Part shown: piece by piece, positions 10,459 through 19,077 of the stretch
Position numbering within the stretch: position 1 is the stretch's first letter
How the letters are laid out: each line of letters starts with the position of its first letter
Source of the DNA: Promethearchaeia archaeon
GTDB taxonomy: Archaea > Asgardarchaeota > Lokiarchaeia > Sigyniarchaeales > SOKP01
DNA length: 64,000 nt
Assembly: GCA_029856145.1 (NCBI GenBank)
Contig: JAHQWK010000008.1
Span: 135,007 to 199,006 of the forward strand
Direction of reading: 5' to 3'
Position numbers and translations under genes: made by a program
The notes under the pieces: generated by a model
What the model was told of the DNA's origin: nothing
Database searches by the model: none
Seen by the model: only the letters and a program-made list of their open reading frames with translations

Positions 10459-10609
10459 TATGTTTTATAATAGTTAAATAGAATTATTTTTTATTTTCTT
10501 TTTTTTATATTCAATCTTTTAATTTTAGGATATACCATAAGAAATCATCTTAGAAAACTAAAAAAATCAAAAAAGAAAAATTAAAAGTATAATTGCTATT
10601 TGAAATAAT

Positions 10610-12481
10610 ATGGAAATTATTGATAAAAAAAATTTGGAAAAAATAAAGGCTCTCAATAATCAATTTGTTTTAAAGGTTGTTGATGAGTTTATTTCTCTTT
10701 GTAAGCCTTTAAAAGTCACTGTTATAACAGACTCTCAAGAAGATATTGATTATGTAAGAAACAGAGCTATTGAGCTTAGTGAAGAAACAAAACTGAGTTT
10801 AAAAGGGCATACTGTACATTATGATGGGTTCTTCACAATGAGTAATCATGATCAAGCTAGAGATAAAGGAAATACTCAGGTTTTGGTACCTAAAGATGAA
10901 GAAGGTTCATATCCTTGGATAAATACGATGGAAAGAGAAAAGGGATTAAAAGAAGTCTTGGATATCATGGATGGATGTATGAAAGGCCATGAATGTGTAA
11001 TAAGGTTTTTTTGCTTAGGCCCAAAAAACTCCAAATTTTCAATTCTTGCACTTCAATTAACAGATTCTTTTTACGTTGCCCATTCAGAAGATCTTCTTTA
11101 TAGAGCAGGCTATGAAGAATTCAGAAAACTCAACGGATCCGATGATTTCTTCTATTTTATACATTCTTCTGGAGAATTAACTGGTAAGCCACCAGTTACA
11201 AAAAATCTCGATAAAAGGAGAATCTATATAGACTTAAAAGAAGGACGTGTACTCTCAGTAAATAATCAATATGCAGGAAATTCACTTGGATTAAAAAAAC
11301 TTGCTTTAAGATTAGCAATTTATAAAGCTAATAATGAAGATTGGTTAACAGAGCACTATTTTATAATGGGGGTTCATCCAAAAGGAAAAAATCGAACTTC
11401 ATTCTTCTGTGGTGCATTTCCTTCTGCATGTGGCAAAACCAGTACCGCAATGTTACCAGGGCAAACTATAGTTGGAGATGATATAGCTTATCTTCGAGTT
11501 TGGGAGGATGGTTATGCTCATTCGGTAAACATTGAGAGAGGAATTTTTGGAATTATCAAAGATGTAAATGCTAAAAACGATCCTGTTATATTTGATGCAC
11601 TGACAACTCCTAGAGAAACTATTTTTTCTAATGTGCTAGTTAAAGATGGAAAACCTTATTGGATTGGAGATGGAAGTACAATCCCAGATGGAGGACATAA
11701 TTATTCAGGTAATTGGAATAAAGGAAAAAAAGATAAGAATGGGAGAGATATACCTCTCGCACATCCAAATGCTCGCTATACAATTCGTATTGAAGAATTG
11801 AATAATGCTGATCCTAATCTCCATAAACCAGATGGAGTACCAGTACATGGTATTTTTTATGGAGGGCGCGATAGTGATACAATGCCCCCAGTAATTGAAA
11901 GTCTTGATTGGGAGCATGGAGTTTTCTTGGGTGCCTCAATTGAATCAGAAACTACTTCTGCTACGTTAGGTGAGGAGGGAGTAAGAATGAAGCAGCCTAT
12001 GGCCAATCTAGACTTTATGGTTGTTAGTTTGGGAAAATATATCAAAAATCACCAAGTCTTTGGCAACAGGTTAGAACATTGTCCAAAAGTATTTGCTACT
12101 AATTATTTTCTTAAAAACAAAGAAGGAAAATATTTAAACGGTATTTTAGATAAATTATGTTGGGTAATCTGGGCAGAGGGTCGAGTTCATAATGACTTTA
12201 ATGCTATAAAAACGCCCATTGGCAATATACCCAAATATTTAGATTTAAAAACACTGTTTAAACAATATCTTGATAAAGATTATAAAGAAGAGGATTACAT
12301 TAAACAATTTTCTATAAGACCTAAAAAAATATTAGAAAAATTAGATCGTATTGAAGCTATGTATAAAAAAGAAAAGGACGTCCCAGAATTTTTCTGGAAT
12401 ATCTTTAATAATCAAAAAAATCTTTTAATAAATTTAAAAAATAAGTCTGATTCTGAAGAAATCTCTCCCTTATTATTTTAA
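10610..12481 (+). CDS. pckG: Phosphoenolpyruvate carboxykinase (GTP)
   Basis: YAGNSLGLKK, WLTEH, GAFPSACGKT, VGDDIAY, HPNARY, FYGGRDS. Confidence 0.95.
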   Translation: MEIIDKKNLEKIKALNNQFVLKVVDEFISLCKPLKVTVITDSQEDIDYVRNRAIELSEETKLSLKGHTVHYDGFFTMSNHDQARDKGNTQVLVPKDEEGSYPWINTMEREKGLKEVLDIMDGCMKGHECVIRFFCLGPKNSKFSILALQLTDSFYVAHSEDLLYRAGYEEFRKLNGSDDFFYFIHSSGELTGKPPVTKNLDKRRIYIDLKEGRVLSVNNQYAGNSLGLKKLALRLAIYKANNEDWLTEHYFIMGVHPKGKNRTSFFCGAFPSACGKTSTAMLPGQTIVGDDIAYLRVWEDGYAHSVNIERGIFGIIKDVNAKNDPVIFDALTTPRETIFSNVLVKDGKPYWIGDGSTIPDGGHNYSGNWNKGKKDKNGRDIPLAHPNARYTIRIEELNNADPNLHKPDGVPVHGIFYGGRDSDTMPPVIESLDWEHGVFLGASIESETTSATLGEEGVRMKQPMANLDFMVVSLGKYIKNHQVFGNRLEHCPKVFATNYFLKNKEGKYLNGILDKLCWVIWAEGRVHNDFNAIKTPIGNIPKYLDLKTLFKQYLDKDYKEEDYIKQFSIRPKKILEKLDRIEAMYKKEKDVPEFFWNIFNNQKNLLINLKNKSDSEEISPLLF

Positions 12482-12506
12482 AAAGCATTTAACTTAAAAA
12501 AAGCAA

Positions 12507-13190
12507 TTAAACTAAATATTTTAACCCAGATCTCACTTTATAACTTTTTTTTATCCTATCAAGTTCAATAAATCGTTTAATTTCCAAATTATTTAAGAAA
12601 TCTCGCATTTGTATTTTATCTTTTTTCAATTCTTCGGCTAAACCTTCAATATCAGTTTCATAAGTACGTAGTGTTTGAAGTAATGATGAATATTCTTCAA
12701 AAACATGGTTGACTAAATAAGTAATAGATTCTTTTATGTTTAAACTAGTTTTTGTGCTTGTTGGAAACATTTTGTTATCTTCGGGTAAATAATTTTGTGA
12801 GCGAATTACTTCTGGAGGTCGAGCACCTTCAATATCCTGTTTATTTGCTAAAAAGATTATTGGAGTATTTGGAGGTAATATTTTTCTTATTGAATTTAAT
12901 ATCATAATTGCACTATCATCTTTTTCAGGAGAAGCAGCATCAAAGAGAAAAATGACTCCATCTGAGCCACTCGTACAAATACTTCTCATAACTGAAAATC
13001 TTAAAAGCCCTGGTGTTCCAAACAAAAATACATCGAACCCGTTTAGTTTTACACTCCCTAAATCCATCGCAACGGTGTAAAACTTCTCATCTTTACCTTT
13101 TGCTTCCACATTCATTGCATTATCATCTAGAGCCTTTATATAACTTGATTTTCCCGATTGTAGTGGCCCAGAAACTAAAATTTTTATTAT
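12507..13190 (-). CDS. MglA/CvnD-like small GTPase with C-terminal winged helix; probable ATA start
   Basis: In-frame P-loop GPLQSGKS lies upstream of the annotated ATG at 13115; TVAMDLG, GTPG, NKQD; no ATG/GTG/TTG before in-frame TAA at 13208-13206. Confidence 0.82.
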   Translation of the reverse strand: MIKILVSGPLQSGKSSYIKALDDNAMNVEAKGKDEKFYTVAMDLGSVKLNGFDVFLFGTPGLLRFSVMRSICTSGSDGVIFLFDAASPEKDDSAIMILNSIRKILPPNTPIIFLANKQDIEGARPPEVIRSQNYLPEDNKMFPTSTKTSLNIKESITYLVNHVFEEYSSLLQTLRTYETDIEGLAEELKKDKIQMRDFLNNLEIKRFIELDRIKKSYKVRSGLKYLV

Positions 13191-13937
13191 TATTTCACCA
13201 AACTTTTAATAATGCAATTGAAACTTGATTTTACTTTACTTATTTTTATATTTAAAAGGATAATATACTTGGATAATATATTTTATTTTTTATTAAATAG
13301 TTAATTTGTGGTAAAATATTAAAATCTTAACTTTCATTTCAAGTTTTTGAAGACCTTTACTATAATAATTTATACATAAATTGAATTGGATTTTATAAAT
13401 CCTTTAAAAAAAGAGAATATGAATTTTCATACAGGTTTACCTTTTATTTTTTCTTCTTTGTTAACTAAATTTTATTACATCTTTTAATATCAGAATTTTT
13501 GTTAAAAAAACTCTATGAAAATACTATAAATCGCATATTTCTTACAAAATAAAAATAGAATTTTGAATGATTTTCCCAATTTAAGAATTTTATTTTTTTA
13601 ATCATATTATTCCAAAAATAACTCTCTCTCATGATATTTTGAATTAATATTCAATATCGACAACTTAAAAAGTAAAAAATTCCTAAATTAATACTTTTTT
13701 CTTACTAATTTTTCGAAATGACAAATGAAAATGTCGGAGATTTTAAAAAAAGTTACTAAAATCCGAAATGGTAAAGAATCTTTAAATATTAAGATCGATC
13801 TAAATTCTAATATTGAAAAATATTATTGTAATCCTTAAAAATATAATAAATATATTATTAAAAATATCAATATTTATAAAAGTAGATAATTAGCATTTAA
13901 AATAGATTATATTAATCAGATTATGGTTTAAGAAATT

Positions 13938-14444
13938 ATGCAAACGGTGGATTTTGAATTTCGAAATGAGCTTATCAAGGAAGATTTCTCATTAAATTAT
14001 TGTTATCAGTGTGGAACTTGTTCCAGCGCATGTCCTGTAGCTTTTATAACTAATGGTGAATATAATCCCCGAAAAATTATAGAACAATCACTTTTAGGAC
14101 TTAAAGACTTATTAATAAAAGATCAAAAACCTAATGTGTGGTTATGCTGTACATGCCAGATGTGTGTTGAAGAGTGTCCCCAAAACGTTTTTTTAACAGA
14201 AATTTTTGAGAAGATTAAAAACAGAATTGTAGTTTTAGGGGAGCCTTATCCTGAAACTTATAAAGTACAAGCAAAGAGTGTATTAGAAAATGGTTTAGCG
14301 ATACCACTTACACAACCAATTATTCGTAGAAGAGATCAATTAGGACTTCCAAAGATAGAGTCTGCGAATATTGAAGAGATAACCAAATTATTAAATGCTA
14401 CAAATTTTGAAAAAAAAATAAATTTAATGGGGGAAAACAAATAA
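13938..14444 (+). CDS. hdrC: Heterodisulfide reductase subunit C
   Basis: CYQCGTCSSACP and W.CCTCQMCVEECP. Confidence 0.92.
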   Translation: MQTVDFEFRNELIKEDFSLNYCYQCGTCSSACPVAFITNGEYNPRKIIEQSLLGLKDLLIKDQKPNVWLCCTCQMCVEECPQNVFLTEIFEKIKNRIVVLGEPYPETYKVQAKSVLENGLAIPLTQPIIRRRDQLGLPKIESANIEEITKLLNATNFEKKINLMGENK

Positions 14445-14445
14445 A

Positions 14446-15315
14446 ATGTCATATAACTACTTTTTAGGATGTGTAATTCCTGGAAGACTCCCGTTTATAG
14501 AAGCTTCTGCTCGAAAAGCATTTGAAGAAATTGGCATTAAGGTTGGAGATCAAGCTAAATGTTCGTGCTGTCCGGATCCAACTGGAACAGCTCAATTAGA
14601 TCATGAATCTTTCTTGGCTTTAGGAGCAAGAAACTTATGTCTTTTTGAAGAAAATAATAGTAATATATTAAGTCTTTGTTCTGGCTGTACAGAAACTCTT
14701 AAAACAGTTAAACATATTTTAGATAATGATAATGATAAGAAAAAAGAAATTAATTCGAAATTAAGTGCAATAGGAAAAAATTATAAAGGAAATGCTGAAA
14801 TTAAACATTTTGCTGAAGTATTATACGAAAATATTGACAAAATTAAGGAAAAAGTTAAAAAACCTTTAAAAGATCTAAAAGTTGCAGGTCATCCCGGTTG
14901 CCATTATCTAAGACCATCTGAAATAATAAATTGGGATGATCCACTCAATCCTAAAACATTAGATGAATTAATAGAAGCAATTGGAGCAGATCCCGTTGAT
15001 TATAGTTTGAAAAATGATTGTTGTGGTAATCCAGTTGAAAAGTCTGATAAAGATATATCTTTAAGTATGTTAGAAAATAAACTCCAAAGCATGAGAGAAG
15101 CAGGAGCAGACTGTATTGTTTGTGTCTGTCCAGCATGCTATCAGCAATTTGATTTCAATCAGAGAGAAGTAAATAAAAAGAAAAATACTGAATATAATTT
15201 TCCTGTTTTTTACATAACCGAGTTAATTGATTTAGCACTAGGAATGGATACGGAAGGACTTGGATTAAATTTCCATAGAATTAAAGTTAATGAAATTTTA
15301 GAAAAAATTACTTAA
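14446..15315 (+). CDS. hdrB: Heterodisulfide reductase subunit B
   Basis: Two CCG domains: FLGC, SCCP, CSGC; HPGCH, DCCG, CPACYQQFD. Confidence 0.93.
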   Translation: MSYNYFLGCVIPGRLPFIEASARKAFEEIGIKVGDQAKCSCCPDPTGTAQLDHESFLALGARNLCLFEENNSNILSLCSGCTETLKTVKHILDNDNDKKKEINSKLSAIGKNYKGNAEIKHFAEVLYENIDKIKEKVKKPLKDLKVAGHPGCHYLRPSEIINWDDPLNPKTLDELIEAIGADPVDYSLKNDCCGNPVEKSDKDISLSMLENKLQSMREAGADCIVCVCPACYQQFDFNQREVNKKKNTEYNFPVFYITELIDLALGMDTEGLGLNFHRIKVNEILEKIT

Positions 15316-15335
15316 AAGGTAGGAAGTGTTCTAAT

Positions 15336-16631
15336 TTGGGTGAAAATTTAAAAAGAGTAATGGTTATTGGAGGAGGGATTGCAGGTATTCAAGCATCTTT
15401 AGATTTAGCTGAAAGAAATATAAAAGTTGATCTAATTGAAAAAAATGCCTGTATTGGTGGAAGGATGGCTCAACTGGATAAAACGTTTCCTACTAATGAT
15501 TGTTCTATTTGTATTTTAGCTCCTAAACTTGCAGAATGTTTTCGACATCCAAATATTACATTGCATATACTTTCAGAAGTTAAAAACTTATCAGGCCAAC
15601 CAGGGAATTTTAAAGTGAAAATACTCAAGAAAGCAAGATATATTAAAGAAGATGAATGTATAAATTGTGGACTTTGTATAGAAAAATGTCCAATGAGGGT
15701 GGATGACGAATTTGATATGAGATTAAGAAAACGTAGAGCAATTTATATCGATTATGTTCAAGGAGTCCCCTCAATTATGACTATAGATAGAGAGAACTGC
15801 TTATTTTTTACAAAAAACGCTTGTAGAATTTGTGAAAAAGTATGTGAAAAAGAAGCAATTGATTTCGACCAAATTGATGAAGAAATTGAATTAAACGTAG
15901 GATCAATTATTGTAGCAACTGGTTATGATATCTTTAATCCTAAATCTATTGAAACTTTAGGATATGGACGATACCCTAATGTTATTACTGCTTTAGAATT
16001 TGAACGTTTAATTTGTGCCTCTGGACCTTTAGGTGGACATTTAACGAGACCCTCAGATAAAAATGATCCTAAAAAACTTGCATTTATTAATTGTGTAGGT
16101 TCAAGGGATATAAAAAACAATCCATATTGTTCATCTTGCTGCTGTATGTATACCACTAAAGAAGCTATGATTGCTTTTGAGCATGATAATGAAATAGAGA
16201 CTTCAATATTTTATATTGATCTTAGAGCCGCTGGTAAAGGATTTCGAGAATATATTCAAAGAGGAGTAAATAATTATGCTATTAAATACATTAAAGGAAA
16301 AGTGGCAAAGATATTAGAAGATGATCAAAGAAATCCTCTCATTATTTATGAAGATATTAGTACTTCGCAAGTTAAACAACTTAAATTTGATTTAGTTATT
16401 TTAGCTACGACTATGGTACCTAAAAAAGATGCAAATGAATTAGCAAAAACTTTAGGAGTTAAATTAGATAACTTTAACTTTTTTAAGGGAGAAAGTTTCC
16501 ATCCACAGAAATCATCGAAAGAAGGGATATTTCTTTGCGGTGCTTGTAGAGAACCAATGGATATTCCAAATTCAGTAATAGATGCAAGTGGAGCAGCCGC
16601 TAAAGCTGCAGAAATACTAATGAGGGGATAA
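15336..16631 (+). CDS. hdrA: HdrA-like flavoprotein half (FAD domain + inserted ferredoxin, no N-terminal Fe-S domain)
   Basis: VIGGGIAG, QLDKTFPTNDCSICIL, 2 ferredoxin motifs, CVGSRD, CSSCCCMY..K. Confidence 0.9.
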   Translation: MGENLKRVMVIGGGIAGIQASLDLAERNIKVDLIEKNACIGGRMAQLDKTFPTNDCSICILAPKLAECFRHPNITLHILSEVKNLSGQPGNFKVKILKKARYIKEDECINCGLCIEKCPMRVDDEFDMRLRKRRAIYIDYVQGVPSIMTIDRENCLFFTKNACRICEKVCEKEAIDFDQIDEEIELNVGSIIVATGYDIFNPKSIETLGYGRYPNVITALEFERLICASGPLGGHLTRPSDKNDPKKLAFINCVGSRDIKNNPYCSSCCCMYTTKEAMIAFEHDNEIETSIFYIDLRAAGKGFREYIQRGVNNYAIKYIKGKVAKILEDDQRNPLIIYEDISTSQVKQLKFDLVILATTMVPKKDANELAKTLGVKLDNFNFFKGESFHPQKSSKEGIFLCGACREPMDIPNSVIDASGAAAKAAEILMRG

Positions 16632-16636
16632 AAAAA

Positions 16637-18304
16637 ATGTCGGATGATGATATTAGAATTGGAGTTTTTATTTGTCATTGTGGTACTAATATAGGTGGTG
16701 TTTTAGATATTTCTGAGTTAATAGAATATGCCAAAACTTTACCAAATGTAGAGTATAGTGCTGCTAACCTTTATACATGTTCTGAAGTTGGACTAAATGA
16801 GATCAGAGAAAATATAAAGGAACAAAACTTAAATCGTGTTATAGTTGCATCTTGTTCTCCACGAACTCATGAACCATTATTTAGATCAACTTGTCAAGAG
16901 GCAGGTTTAAATCCTTATTTATTTGAAATGGTAAATATTCGAGATCAAGATTCTTGGGTTCACATGAAAGAACCAGAAAAGGGTACCGAAAAAGCTAAAG
17001 ATCTTATTAGAATGGGCGTTTATAAAGCGGCTTTGTTAGAATCTTTAGAGAAAATGCAAGTTAGTGTAATACCTTCTGCTATAGTAATTGGTGGAGGTAT
17101 TGCAGGAATGAATGCTGCATTAACTTTAGCAAATCAAAATTTTGAAGTAAGTTTAATTGAGAAGGATTCTGAATTAGGAGGATTGATCAGACGCCTAAAT
17201 AAAGTATATCCAACTAATGAAGATGCTTCAAATTTATTAGAAATAAGAAACTTAGTAGAAAATCACAAGAAAATAAATATACATAAGTCTGCTATAATTG
17301 AAAAAATTGAAGGGTTTGTAGGAAACTATAAAGTAATTATTCTCCAAAATAAAAAGACAATCGAAATTGAGGCAGGTGCTATTATTGTTGCTACTGGGGC
17401 TATAGCTTTATCACCAGAAGGCTATTATGATTATAATGGAAAAACTATAATAAGTCAATTAGAATTAGAAGAAATATTAAAAGAGAGTGAATTCAGTGCG
17501 AATAACATTACCATGATTCAATGTGTGGGCTGTAGGAATGAAGAAAGAAAATATTGTTCGAATATATGTTGTATGACTGCTCTAAAAAATGCAATCTTAA
17601 TAAAAGAACAAAATCCGGCGGCTAATATCACTATAATTTTTAGAGATATACAAACACAGGGTGTCACTTATGAAGAATACTATAGAAAAGCAAGAGAAAT
17701 AGGAATATTGTTTATAAAATATTTACCCGAAAAACCTCCAATTATTAAGAAAGATCACATAGAGGTTTATAATGAATTTATGAACCAAGTTATTGGGGTT
17801 CCCTATGATCTTGTTGTATTATCAATGCCTCTTATTGCTAATGAAGATTCAGAGCAGTTAGCTAAAATGTTAAAAGTTCCATTAGAAGAGAATAATTTCT
17901 TTTTAGAAGCTCATGTGAAATTAAGACCTGTTGATTTTGCTACAGATGGCGTATTTGTATGTGGTTCAGCTCATTGGCCCGCAGATATTTCAGAATCTAT
18001 ATCACAATCAAATGCAGCAGTTTCTAGAGCAAGTACAATAATTTCTAAAGATATGTTGGAAGTAGAAGGTTCTACAGCTGAAGTGGATACTGATTTATGT
18101 GTAGGTTGTGAAGCGTGTATTAAAATTTGTCCCTATAGTGCGATATCTAAAGATGAAGAGACAGATATCGTAGTAGTTAATAAAGTAGTTTGCAAAGGGT
18201 GTGGAGTCTGCGGTGCTAGTTGTCCGCAAAATGCAATTACTATTCACCACTTTACAAGTGATCAACTTATTGCTGAAATTGTAACTTATGGAGGTGGAGA
18301 ATAA
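16637..18304 (+). CDS. hdrA: HdrA-like flavoprotein half (N-terminal Fe-S domain + FAD domain + C-terminal ferredoxin)
   Basis: RIGVFICHCG, ASCSPRTHE, IGGGIAG, QCVG, CS..CC, EAHVKLRP, 2 CxxCxxC..CP. Confidence 0.9.
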   Translation: MSDDDIRIGVFICHCGTNIGGVLDISELIEYAKTLPNVEYSAANLYTCSEVGLNEIRENIKEQNLNRVIVASCSPRTHEPLFRSTCQEAGLNPYLFEMVNIRDQDSWVHMKEPEKGTEKAKDLIRMGVYKAALLESLEKMQVSVIPSAIVIGGGIAGMNAALTLANQNFEVSLIEKDSELGGLIRRLNKVYPTNEDASNLLEIRNLVENHKKINIHKSAIIEKIEGFVGNYKVIILQNKKTIEIEAGAIIVATGAIALSPEGYYDYNGKTIISQLELEEILKESEFSANNITMIQCVGCRNEERKYCSNICCMTALKNAILIKEQNPAANITIIFRDIQTQGVTYEEYYRKAREIGILFIKYLPEKPPIIKKDHIEVYNEFMNQVIGVPYDLVVLSMPLIANEDSEQLAKMLKVPLEENNFFLEAHVKLRPVDFATDGVFVCGSAHWPADISESISQSNAAVSRASTIISKDMLEVEGSTAEVDTDLCVGCEACIKICPYSAISKDEETDIVVVNKVVCKGCGVCGASCPQNAITIHHFTSDQLIAEIVTYGGGE

Positions 18305-19075
18305 ATGGTATTTGAACCTAAAATTTTGGGATTTTTATGTAATTGGTGCTCTTATGCAGGAGCGGACTTAGCAGGTGTGAGTCGAATCCAATATCCAACA
18401 AATGTTAGAGTTATACGCGTTATGTGCTCTGGAAGGGTTGATCCTGTGTTTATAGCTGAAGCATTTATAAATGGCATTGATGGAGTACTTGTTTTAGGAT
18501 GTCATTTAGGAGATTGCCATTATATAAGTGGTAATTATGAAGCAGAATTAAAAATGAAAATGGTAAGTAAATCATTATCCATGATAAATTTTTCTGATCG
18601 AGTACGTCTTGATTGGGTTTCTGCTGCAGAAGGAAATAGATTCGCTCAAATAGTTACTGATTTTACTGAACATATTCGTACATTGGGTCCATCTCCCGTT
18701 AAAAATAAAAAGATTAAAAAACGAATAATTGATAATCTAAATGCTGTTAAATTTGCCATAAGTGATTCCAGATTAAGAGCTTTAGTTTCTAGGCAAAGAG
18801 AATTAACAACAGAAGGGAATGTATATGGTGAAATAATACCAACAGAAGAATTTGAGGAAATTCTTAATAATGCTATTAAAAATGAAATTATTCGTCATGA
18901 AATTTTAGAAAAAATAAAGAATAAAGGTAAATCTGTTCTTGATATCGCAAAGGAAATTGAGGTTGAACCACATAAAGTTTTACAGCATATTGTAACTTTA
19001 AGAGCTCGAGGTTTAGTTGATGTTGATCAAATAAATGAAGAAATTCCCACATTTATATCGATTAAAGAGGCTTAA
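18305..19075 (+). CDS. mvhD: MvhD [2Fe-2S] subunit fused to C-terminal winged HTH
   Basis: FLCNWCSYAGAD, RVMCSGR, GCHLGDCHY, WVSAAEG; extra ~120 aa ending in SVLDIAKEIEVEPHKVLQHIVTLRARGLV. Confidence 0.9.
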   Translation: MVFEPKILGFLCNWCSYAGADLAGVSRIQYPTNVRVIRVMCSGRVDPVFIAEAFINGIDGVLVLGCHLGDCHYISGNYEAELKMKMVSKSLSMINFSDRVRLDWVSAAEGNRFAQIVTDFTEHIRTLGPSPVKNKKIKKRIIDNLNAVKFAISDSRLRALVSRQRELTTEGNVYGEIIPTEEFEEILNNAIKNEIIRHEILEKIKNKGKSVLDIAKEIEVEPHKVLQHIVTLRARGLVDVDQINEEIPTFISIKEA

Positions 19076-19077
19076 AG

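Noticed and set aside
13210-13937. Replication origin in the 730-bp AT-rich intergenic region
   Set aside because: No ORB-like repeats and no adjacent orc1/cdc6; a divergent promoter region is sufficient explanation.
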